Part shown: positions 11,501 to 23,500 of the stretch, in pieces
How positions within the stretch are numbered: position 1 is the first letter of the stretch
Layout of the letters: every line of letters begins with the position of its first letter
Source of the DNA: Sphyrna mokarran
Lineage: Eukaryota
Assembly: GCA_024679065.1 (NCBI GenBank)
Contig: JAGIQG010000011.1
Location: forward strand, 43,710,001-43,774,000
DNA length: 64,000 nt
Direction of reading: 5' to 3'
Translations under genes and position numbers: made by a program
The notes under the pieces: model-generated
Told to the model about the DNA's origin: nothing
Databases searched by the model: none
The model's input: the letters and a program-made list of their open reading frames with translations, nothing else

Positions 11501-14500
11501 AGGGGAGGGTGGGGAGAGGGTTGCACCCAATGGTTTCATGGCAGGATGGGAAGCTTGACATGTGACAGTGCAAGGGCCTCAATTTGGGGAGGAGTGGGGT
11601 CAAATCTGCATCAGGGCATTAACTTCAAACAGTTCAGGGAGGACAGAGATGTCAAAAACAGTCAGACTGGGATCAGGATATGAGGGGGAGGAAGGCGATT
11701 GGAGGGAAGGAAACCTGCACGGTTTCCTTCCGTGCAGCCACCACGGGGGTGGTGCTCTTCTAGCATAATATGAGGGATTTTGATGATCACTGTTGGGGGC
11801 TAGAAGCTGGCCTCATTGTAAAGCCTCTTCTCCACCAATTTTAAGCTGATCCAATGACGCAGTTGAAAAACGAATTATGAAAAGTCTGTCAAGGATGTTG
11901 GGAGGTGTCAACTACTAGGCCAATTGAAAAGGTACTTACTAATTTCCACTTGGAGAAGAATGCACAGCTGAGAAATGTTAGGAACGGTCAAATGCCAATG
12001 TAGGGAATGTGGCACTACTCTGAAACAGCTGTGTAACACTAGAAGCATTTTTGATGAAAGAATGACTTTTCAAAAAGTTTTTTCACATATACTCTTCTTA
12101 CTACGGATTCAGGAGTTATGAACAGATTATACATTTGGTGATTGGCATGGAGTGTATGAGGGCCAAGGAGCATGAGTAGAGGATAGGAGAATCCATGGGT
12201 GGGTAGAGAGAAATGGATTTACATGGAAAGAATATGAGAGGCAATGGAAGTGGGTACAGGTCATACACATTGGCAAGAGAACATGGATGAGATCGTTTGA
12301 ACTTATCTTTCAAAGGATTCCTTATCCAAACCATGGTTTACAATAATTCTCAGAGGTGATGAACCATAAATGCTTGAAAAGTTGTGCTGACTTCACAAAA
12401 TTTGCAGAGGGCTAGGATATGCCTCTCCCCAAGGTGGCGGCAGTCAACACATTTATTTTGTTTTGGTGAAAATCTGAAATCACTTCTTTTAAAGGTCAAA
12501 TCCAGCACATTTACATAACTTAAAGGTAATACTTGTGCATTTTCAGTACTATGTTGGTTGTGGTTAATTGTGTGTAGGTAGTGGGCATTAACTGGAGATC
12601 CACTTATGTTCTTAAGAATAGGAAAAGACTGAAACTATGGTTAAATTTGGTTAGGTGCATGTTTGTAATGTGCAACTTAAATTAAGTACATATGAAAATG
12701 TGTAAAGATTGGCTTCTATAGTATTCTTCATCATTTGGCTTTCTGATATAGAACATGCATATTTGGGTGTCTGTCTCTTTCAAATCACCCAGTCTATTTC
12801 CTAGTGTTAATTATGAAGAAATAGGCAACTGATTTTAGATTTAAAGGTTTGTTTGGAGGTTAATGACTATTCCACAATAAAAGTTAACAGGAGGAAACAG
12901 CATTGTACCTGATGGTATTTCAACTACTATCAATACTATCTTTCTTTCTATCCTCTCCCCACAGATGCTGTCTTACCTGCTGAGATGTTTCAGCATTTTC
13001 TGTTTTTGTTTCAGGTTTCAGCATCCACAGTATTTTGTTTTTATGTTACTAACCTTTTTGATCGACAAGCATTTCACCAGTGCTCCAACATTTCCATCAA
13101 TGCCTACAAGTTACATTGTTTGCTAACTGTGTTGATGCATGCTTTCAAGTCACGTGGTGAAAGTTTATGCTTAGTTGTGTGGGGCTATTTCAAGTAGTGA
13201 TGGTTGATCACTGGATTGTTCTGTATCTGTGAAGAAAGAAAATAACATATCATGTACACATAGGGCTAGAGCTTACACTCTTTTGCTGAAGTGGTGAGGG
13301 GTGGTACATAAAATCTAGCAAATCATCTTTTTTGCCACCTGCCCCCAACCTGCTTAAAGTTTTAGGGGAGGTAAGGGCATTAGGGGAGATGTCTGTCCTT
13401 GGCTTACTGAGACTAAGTGGCTGCTTTTTATCAATAGTTCAAGGAAGCTTATGCCATGTGCGAAGCACAGCAGCTATAATAAGTATACGTGTCAGTAAAG
13501 AAGCAGGGGGCCCGTCAGAGGCATCCTTAGACCATTGGGAGCAGGCGGCCATGGACATTTCCTCCTCTATCCCCATCATCACCACCATCACCACCATTAT
13601 CCCGCCTCTTGAATCCTCTGAGGCAAGATTTCCTCCAGAGAGTCTTCTTTAAAGCAATACATATTAATCCAGCTTTAAATTGCTGCAGGAAGCCATCACT
13701 TTAGTTACTAGGCCTCCCCACCTTACTCTTTAGTTGGGGATGTGGGGAGACTACCTTATGCAGGGAGACAGTGAGGCAGGGAAACCCACTGATGTATTGA
13801 AATAAAGTTTCCAGTGTTCCTGGATGAGTACCTCATTACATCATGGAAGGGGGGGTGGTGAAGAACAAAAGAAAAGGACTGGGATAGAGATGAAATAAAA
13901 GATGAAATGACAAAGATATCATGGAATGAGTAATCGTCATACAGAAACCAGTTCTCCAGAGTGTATGAATTGTAAAATAATACTATCCAAAAACAAAAGG
14001 TAATTGATTTGATCAGTTATTGTGACATATATATAGTGAAAAGTATTGTTTCTTGCACGCTGTACAGACAAAGCATACCATTTATAGAGAAAGAAATGGA
14101 AGAGTGCAGAATATAGTGTTACAGTCACAGCTAGGGTGTAGAGAAGGATCAACTTAATGCAAGGCAGGCCCGTTCAAAAGCCTGCAACAGCAGGGGAGAA
14201 GCTGTTCTTGAGTTGGTTGGTATGTGACCTCAGACTTTTGTGTCTTTTTCCTGATGGCAGAAGGTAGAAGAGAGAACGTCTGGGGCGCATGGGGTCCTTA
14301 ATTATGCTGGATGCTTTGCTGAGACAGCAGGAAGTGTAGACAGAGTCATTGAATGGGAGGCTGGATTGTGTGATGGATTGGCCTTTTTGTAGTTTCTTGC
14401 AGTCTTAGGCAGAGCAGGAGCAGGAGCCATACCAAGCAATGATACAACCAGAATAAATGCTTTCTATGGTGCATCTGTAAAAGTTGTTGATAGCCGTAGC

Positions 14501-17500
14501 TGACATGCCAAATTTCCTTAGTCTTCTGAGAAAGTAGAGGTGTTGGTGGGCTTTTTTGACAATAATGTTGGCACGGGGAGGACCAGGACAGGTTGTTGGT
14601 GATCTGGACACCTAAAAACTTGAAGCTCTCAACCATTTCCACTTCACTCCGGTTGACTCGGGGATCTGTTCTCCTCTCCACTTCCTGAAATCGATGACAA
14701 TCCCCTTCGTTCCAAAAAGTGTTAAATGTTCAAAAATGCTAAAAACAAGCTTAAGACTGACAATGGATAAAACAAAACAAAATAGAGAGCAGAGTTGGTA
14801 TGAAAATTGGGAAACTCAATGTTGAGTCCAGAAGATTGTAAAATGTTTAATTTGACGATAGAATATAATGTGAATAAATGTAAACAGAAAGGCAGAATAT
14901 TTCATAAATGGAGAAGTGATGAAAGGTGCTGGATGTCCAAAAGGACCTGGATAACCTTGTTCGTGAGTCACTGAAAGCTAGCATGAAGTACAACAAACAG
15001 TTAGGAAAGCAAATGGGACATTGGCTTAACATGAGGGAATTGGAGTACATGAGTAACAATGTCTTGTTGCAATTATATCGAACTTTGGTGAAACCTCACC
15101 TGCCGTATTGTGCACAGTTTTGGTCTAAGAAGGATATACTTGCTGTAGAGGGAATCCAACAGATTATCAGATTAATCTCTAAAATAGCAGGACTATCTTA
15201 TGAGGAGAGATTGAGGAGACTAGAAGTGGGATTCTGTGATCACATTCATTCCCACTTCATTGCCAGAGAATCCACAGCAGCATCAAAGAATCCACCACAG
15301 GTGAGTTGGAGATTTCTGGTGTAGGTTTGTATTCCCCAGAGTTTCAAAGAATGAGGTGTAATACAGTAGATGGAAATATGATGTTTCCTCTGGCTGGTAA
15401 TCTTGGCTCTTGATTTCGTGTTTTTTGTTTTGCAGAGACATTTCTCTGTTTTTGCAGTCAATTTTCCTGGAACAGATGCATTGGCCACAATTTACAGCAA
15501 CATTCTTAATGCCCATTTTCAAGAATACAGTTTCAGTTACAGTGTGATGAAAATTGTCAATACTGTCATTCAGGCTGCTATCTATCTTCATCAGAAAATG
15601 ATTCAGAACTTCTTGCCTACAGCAATAAGATTCCATTACATTTTCAATCTACGAGATCTGTCCAATATTTTCCAGGTATGTGTATATATATATATGTATA
15701 TATTTGTTGGATTATCATTACTTGTTCATGAAACTGAATGTGACTGGATACTACAGTAATGTTGTAATGAATGTGACTAGATACTACAACAATAATGTTC
15801 TTACAAATAACTTTAAACATAAATTTCTCCACAAATATTTGAAAACTAATTTATTTATATGCATAGTTTATGATGTATGTGACATTCTTAATACTTTTCT
15901 CATTTCCAGGGGATATGTTTTAATGTTGGCTGTTACTGTGTGTGCATTTAGAATACAATTTTATTAATGAAATACATGATTATGGGATTCATATTCAAGT
16001 CACCGGTGAGGCCCTGCAAAATGACTACACTTCAAAAGTTCTTTGCTGATGTAATGTTTTGAGACACCCAGTAGTCAAGAAAAGCAGTATATAAATGCAA
16101 CTCTTGTTTTAATTTTTGTGATTATTTACCATTGCATAATTTATATCTAAGAGCTAATTATGAATGCAAAAACTTAAAAATTATGTTGTTAATTCTTTAC
16201 AAGAAAGATTGAAGTTAGTAGATGTCAATTTTTTGCTGCTGCATTTATTGCTAATGAATATTGGGCTGAATCTTCTGTGGAGTGGCAATAACTGTTAGCT
16301 TGTCATTCTGCTCCTATTTACTGACCTTGCACTGAAGCTCCACATTTCTCAGTTCAACCTCTGAACTGGATCTCCAGAGGAATGTAGAGTGTAAGGTCCT
16401 CATTTGTACTGTAGGAATGTTTGGGAAGCCAAACCTTTTTATGACATGACTAGCTGTCATATTCTGTTAAATTTAAATGTCCCATAATCACTTCACAGGG
16501 TTTAGTGGCATTAGGAATATTTGGGGAATTGGAGGTAGTTGGTATTCAGGGATTGGCGAGATAGTTGGGTGGGTAGGCCAGCGGGTAGTTAGGTGGTCAG
16601 AAGGTAGTCAGGATTGGAAGGGTTAAATCAGGTGATTAGAGGAGGAGACAGTTGGATGGTATGTAGTCAGGGAGTTGTTAGGAAATCTGGTTTGTCTGGA
16701 AGATAACGTAGGGTTTAGTGGGTATCAGGTCACCAGGGATGGAGGTATTAGTTGGGGTTGATGGCATTGAGGGGGCTTAGGTGATCATGAGGTATTAGTT
16801 GGGGTTGATGGCATTGAGGGGGCTTAGGTGATCATGATAATTGGGGTGTTATGGGTGTAGTTGCAGGTTGGGGAAATAGTCAGGTCTGTAGTCGTTGGAT
16901 TGTTGGCATGGGGGTAGTTGAATGGTTGGGGATTAGGCATTATCCAGGGATTAGAACTGGTTTTAATCTTTCTAACTTTACCTGGGAATTGCTCTGATAA
17001 GTGAGTTGGAACCATCCCAAATCTCCAACTTCAATTTTGGAGGATTCCAGAGACAGGATAATTGCCCAATTGAAGTTGAAATTGAATTATTTAACATATC
17101 ATTACAGAAGATAAAGCTGAAATATTTGCAATGATTTTTCAGTCAGAAATGCTAAGTAGATGGTCCCTTTTATCTCCTCCTGGGTCCCCAGCATTACAAT
17201 TCTGATGATCTCTTCATTGAGACATCGAACAAACCTAGAACATAATGAAAAAAGGGCAAAAAAAACCCTGCAGATCTTAAACGAAAGGAAATCCTTTTGT
17301 CGGATCTCTAGCTTCTTGAGAAATTTATTGCTGCTGTTGCAGAGTTTAAAAAAGGAAAATAGGAAGAAACTGCTGCGCATTTCTTTTAAAAAAAAAAGTT
17401 TGAGCACAAAGCCAATTTTGTGGGAATTCTGTTGAACCTGAAAATATGTGGGAAAAACAAAGAAACCCACAGCTATTGACAGTGTAGTGAGTGAGAAAAG

Positions 17501-20500
17501 ATGGTTACTGCACAGGTAACTTTAAAGAAGTAACAACATTTAAAACTGCAATTAAAAGAGAAAAAAAACAGCAATTGACAGAAAATTAGAAGAGTCAGGT
17601 GCATTTTGGAGAAGGAAATGGCTAAACCTGACAATAGAGTGGGCCTCCTGGAGAAGAGAATTTTTAACTAATAGGAAGATTACAAGATTAAATAAGGAAT
17701 CAGAAGAAGCATGAGTTAAATTTTGAACTGTGCATGGTTCATTTGTGAGTGAACTTTCCACAGCCAATGTATGTATAGACCAAACTCAACAATATTTGGT
17801 TAGGTATTAGAAAGTTTTGATAAGTATTTTAAACTGCAAGCTGTGGAGAGCACAGACCTGAAAAGAAGGTTCAGCACATCACCAGTAAAGCCACTTGGGT
17901 AACAAAGGACCCATGAAGAAGGATAACAAGAGACTCTAGAGTGAGGACAACAAAAGATCCCAGAGCAAGGGAGACAGAAGATCCAAAAATGAGTGAGACA
18001 ATGTGCAAGCAAAACACAAGATGGTTGTCAATTGTGTCAGCGCAATAAAATACATATGCCAAAGAATTTCAGTGCAGAAGAGAGAACTGACAGAGAATCA
18101 GCCAAAAGGCATAAAAATAGAGCTCTTTGAAAATGTGGCAGCAGATGGCAGTGCATAATGAGCAGATGGTTGTGAATGAAGAAAAGCTATCTGTGCTACC
18201 TGAAAAGAAACAAAATGTGCAAAAGATTATCTAGAGGAGAATATTCACATCAGAGCTGAACTAGGGGTTTGCAGGATTCAAGTTGAGTGTATACTTCTGA
18301 AAATGTATCATCACTGAAGTTTTTAATGAACCAAGCTGTTCGAGATTTGAAGAAATACCTTTCAGAGATGACACAAAGATGCCAAGAGGAAATAAAGACC
18401 CTCAATTCCACAGTTGGCAAATCAAAGCAGGAGTTGAGAAAACTCAACCAGATGTACAACACTGCACAACAGCAGATTTAAAAAAATTGTGATCCTGAAA
18501 AGTCATGAAGAAGTGAAAAATGTGTCTTAAACAGCAGAATAGAAGAATAATAGAAGAAACTTCTGTTTCTTTCTGAACAGGGAACCTCAACATGAAAGCA
18601 TGTGAGTTTTGCATAGAAAAAGAAAACCTGTTGAAGAATCTTCACATGTTATAAGAATTCTTGAGGAAAACATTTCTCTGGAAAATTAAAAAAAGAAGCA
18701 AAATGAAGTTAATGTCACTCTGAACAAACTGATGAAGCAGTCGGCAGAGATGACTCAGTAGCGTTCAGTGTTTCAGGAGGTACGCAAAAGCAACAAGAAA
18801 CAGGCTGAAGAAGTAGCAGTATGAAAAGGAAGAGGCATTGAAAGGAAAAACTGCAGAACTTGCCAAGCTGCAGATAGGGAAAGAAAAGACAGAAATTAGA
18901 TTGGAAAATGTAAATCCAGCACTGAAGTGCAAAGAACTAGAAGAAGTGAGCTGAACGAAAAGATTCATAAACTTGCAAAACTATTTGAAACAAATGTTTG
19001 GCTGAGATTCTGAAACATGTGGAAATTAAGGTTCCATTTGTGAAACGTACACATCCAGCAAGAACATCATGAATACCAAGAAAAAAGAACATTTTAATCC
19101 ATTCCAGGAATGATCAGGATGCATTTTCCATTCCCATCAGAAGGAATGGATAAACCCATAGTATTTGCAAAAAGTGGGTTTGCTATCGATAAAGAGAAAC
19201 ATAACTCAGAGGAGCACAAAAAAATGAATCAAATGTTAATAACCGAGTATCAGAAACACACTATTCCCATTCTTCCAAATGTGACTGACCAAGATTTGGA
19301 AGAACTGTCTAGCCTCAAGACCATTTGAATTTATAAAGTGACAGACTTGAGGTGGGATAGCAAGTAAAGATTGTATTGTAATAATCCATTGAATGGGAGG
19401 AAAGTTTCCTTCTGTGAAAAAGGGGGATGTTACATGATGTTGTATGCACCTGGATATGTAAAGGTGCTAGACAAAGCAAGGGTTAACATCGGACTGAAGA
19501 ATAGCACTGCCTATGGTATAGAATCACATGATAATAGACCGATAGAACAAGCTAAAAAGAACCAACCTGTATGACATCAGCACCATGCATAGCAACAATA
19601 CCTGGGATCTATACAATGTTAAATACTGTCAATAAAGTTTTTATGTTTAAACATGCATCGAGAAATCTCAAAACCATATCCCTGAGACATCAAATTAACC
19701 CATAAAAAATACCCATAATTCAGTGATTCTGATGATATTGTGAAGGAATCTGAATTTTTAAATTTAATTTGTACCTTTAATAGAATCTAACTAAGAGACT
19801 GGACTGAAAAAGAAACAGAAAACATAAACATAGAAAAGAAATTGACCCAGTTCTAAGAAAATTGAACAAGTTTAGAAACAAAACTTCTGGAGAAACTAAA
19901 CCCATTTTAAAAAAATAAAAAGATACACATCATTTCAAGCTAGGCAGTTGCAGTTCATCAGTCCACTGGTGCAATACCGAGGCTAGTTACAGAAACTGAG
20001 ATTAAGTTTCTGCAGCTATTTCTGTTACTTGAAGCTGGTGGGTCTATTCAATCAAAGTGAGTGAACAGGTTCTACAGATGCATGCCATTTTTGTGAAAAC
20101 TTTGCCTAACTTAAGTTGGTTGTGCCTTGTATTTAGCTGGTGATCAGAAAACCTCCCAGAAAGAGAGGAGCTGAAATTCCTCGTAACGAAGATGGGTTTG
20201 GGGTGGGGGGGGAGCGATTCTCCTCCCAAAAATTCTAAATGTTGAAATTAATGGGAAAATTGGAGTAATTCAGGTTTTTTTCAGTGGGAGTTCAGGGAAG
20301 AATCTCACGCGCTTTGTCATGCAGAGGTCACCAACGTGAATATTATTAGATTTCACGGGGTAGAACCTATTCGTGCTGGAGAGGCTGAAATGTGCAATTG
20401 CCCCAAAAATAAAAATTATTGATGAAAATTATAAATATATCTAAATAAATATATTTATATATTTATTGCACATGTCTCACAGATACCCATCTGATGGGAT

Positions 20501-23500
20501 GGCATGGTGGCACAGTGGTTAACACTGCTGCTTCACGGTGCCAGGGACCTGGCTTGGGTCATCATCTGTGTGGAGCTTTCACATTCTCATCGAGTCTCTG
20601 TGGGTTTTCTCCGGGTGCTCCAATTTCTTCCCACGGTCGAAAGATGTATGGGTCAGATTGATTAGCCATGGTAAATTGCCACTTAATGTCAGAGGGACTA
20701 ACAGGGTAAATACGTAGGGCTATATGGATAAGGGACTCAATGGGCTAATTGCTCTCCTGGTGCACTGTAAGGATTCTATATGGACTGGCCATCCCAAACT
20801 ATGACCCAGCCTTCAGAGCACACGTAGATAGTGTTCAAGCAAAGGGACCGCTCTCTGAATAGATGAGTATTATGCATTTTTCAAGTACATTTTGCACAGG
20901 GGGGTGGTTTTAGTAAAGTCAAATTTTTAAGATTAGATCCCGTGTTGCATTTTAATGCCAAAAGTAATCTTGTGCTTAAAAAGGTTGGAGACCACTGCAG
21001 TGCAATGTGACCTACTTTGAGAGCACTACAGATGGTATGCTTTGTCAAAAAAATAACATAAGGAAATGTTTTTACACTTAAAATACTTAACAACATTTTG
21101 TTGCTTTGTTTCAAGGGTATACTTTTTGTAACTCCGGATTGTGTACGTCTGCCTTCAGACTTGATCCATTTATGGCTTCATGAATCATCCAGGGTTTACG
21201 CAGACAAACTAATGGAAGAAAAAGATGTTGAACACTTTTACAAAATCCTCATTGATACTGCAAAGAGATACTTTGAGGTACAATTCAATGCTGCGGTATT
21301 TTAGTATAAATTTTTATGATTGCTTCACAAACTTTCTCAAGTATAGAAAGATAGCCATGACAACCATCAACATCAGCGTAGAAGCCTATGTTCTCGTGAG
21401 CTTAATATGGCTGGTTCTATTAATAAATAAATTATTAACCAATGATGAAACAAAAACTCATTTTGTAAGGATCTTTTGAGTCATAGGCTACAGTGTCAGT
21501 GCCAAACAGGCAACCTGAGAAGTGTTTGGTGATAAAGGACACAGAATTTTTTTGTGTAACTGGTACAAGTGAGGGACACAGACATATTTATTTGTGTAAC
21601 TATGGCTGCCAGTTCACAGATGAAATGGGCACCAAAGTTTAGCTAGCTCAGTTCAAAGAATTGGATTTTCCTGCTGCCTCCCATTTTTTAAAATTTCTTG
21701 CCTACTTTTTTCTATTAACTTATTCTGTATTGGTCCTTGCAAACTGAATTGTTGAATCCTTATAATTTGTTCACATTTAAACTGTTAATTGAGTAAAAGG
21801 TAAGTCCTTTTATTTATAAGTACTAGCCTACAGAGATGCGATACTTCTCACTGTGATGCCTTTGAAAGATATGAATTAGTGGACTTCTTATAAATATACA
21901 GACTGATACTGCACAATATTTGGTAATATACAACAGTGTAACTCATCATGAGACTACCTCAGGTGAACACCTATTATTGTATGTTGGATTATGTTGTAAT
22001 AAATAATGCTTCAGAAATATTTTCAAATATTACTGGGGAATGAACACAAAACATGAAGTTGTTGACTGAGAGTTGATATGCAGTTCTGACAGTGGCCACA
22101 GTGGTGAGAGCTAATAGTCTAATGTTACCGGGACTTGATGGTTTGAATTATGAGAAGAGGCTGGATAGAGTGGGACTTTTTTCTCTGGAGCATAAAGGCT
22201 AAGAGGTCAATAAAATAATGAGAAACATAGATCAGCTAGATAGTCAATATTTTTCCCAAAAGTAGGAGGGGTCTAAAACTAGAGGGTGTAGGTTTAAAGT
22301 GAGAGGGGAGAGATACAAAAATGTCCAGAGGGGCAATTTTTTCACACAGAAGGTGGTGACTGTCTGGAACAAACTGCCAAAGGGTAATGGTAGAGGCAGG
22401 TACAATTTTGTCTTTTAAAAAGCATTTAGACAATTACATGGGTAAGATAGATATAGAGGGATATGGGCCAAATGCAGGAATTTGGACCAGCTTCAGGGTT
22501 TTAAAAAAAAGGGCAGCATGGACAAGTGGGTCCGAAGGGCTTATTTCCATGCTATAAACCTCTATGACTCTACACAAATCTATCATGAATGCTACAGGAA
22601 ATCAACTGGCATTATCATTAAATTAAGACTAAATTATAATTTAATAAATTTTGAAGCTGTATCTGTTTAGTTAAAATCTTCTGTCCTTGGATTTTTTTTT
22701 TTTGTTTTAATACAACATTTAGAAATGTATCTTCAATTATCCATAGAACTGAATTTTCTGGGCCTTCTGGAGAGTGTCGATATGGTGGGAGTGTGGCTGT
22801 ATGGCAGGGCAGCTGTCAGGAAATAAGCATCATGATTTCTTGCTGTCATGACATATTGACAGCAGCAGGATCGTTCATAGCACAGTTATCTACTTGGCCG
22901 ACTCTTTAACCTGGTCCTGGTTTCACCTAAATAAACATACCCCTCTTCAAGTGCTTCCACCATTGACAGCCATTGAAAGGGTGTCGTTTCCATCGCAGCT
23001 TCAGCAATAGCCACTGCTAGTGTTGGCGCTGCTGAGCTACCAGCTTCTGATTGGACCAACAGTTCTTGGGGGAAGACCACCATCCCCAGTTGGATGGCTG
23101 CTGCGCTCTTAATTGACGGCCACTGACAGTATGCCACCCAGAATCCGGCCACCCGTGGAATTGGGATCACCTCTGACCTTCGATTCCAGTGGCTAGACTT
23201 CTTTAGGGAAGTGGAAAAAAATCAGCCATTAATCCTGACTTTCATTGAAGAAAATTAGATGGGAATGTAAATAAATCATTATTTCATCTGTTTGCTGGGC
23301 ATATACTTAATTTGATTAAATTTAATCAGAATGTAAAGCTACTGTTTGAACACAATAGTCTTAGTGAATGCTACTAATTTATGGTATTATTTTGGCTCTA
23401 GGTTATTGATGAACATATTTTTACCCAAAAGCCATTGATTTACTGCCACTTTGCTCAAGGTGCTGGAGAGCCTCGATATTTGCCAGTAACAAATTGGAAA

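Noticed and set aside
10990-11770. G-rich ORFs (145 aa and others), also at ~38150-38600 and ~50459-50995
   Set aside because: Low-complexity G- or C-skewed interiors of non-autonomous repeats; no protein motifs or splice support.
19335-19470. LEVG*QVKIVL in an alternative frame suggested a CAP-Gly domain
   Set aside because: No GVEL/GKNDG core; the other frame is the continuous one.
20497-20560. tRNA-like sequences at SINE heads as tRNA genes
   Set aside because: They continue into V-domain and LINE-derived tails and cannot form a full cloverleaf.
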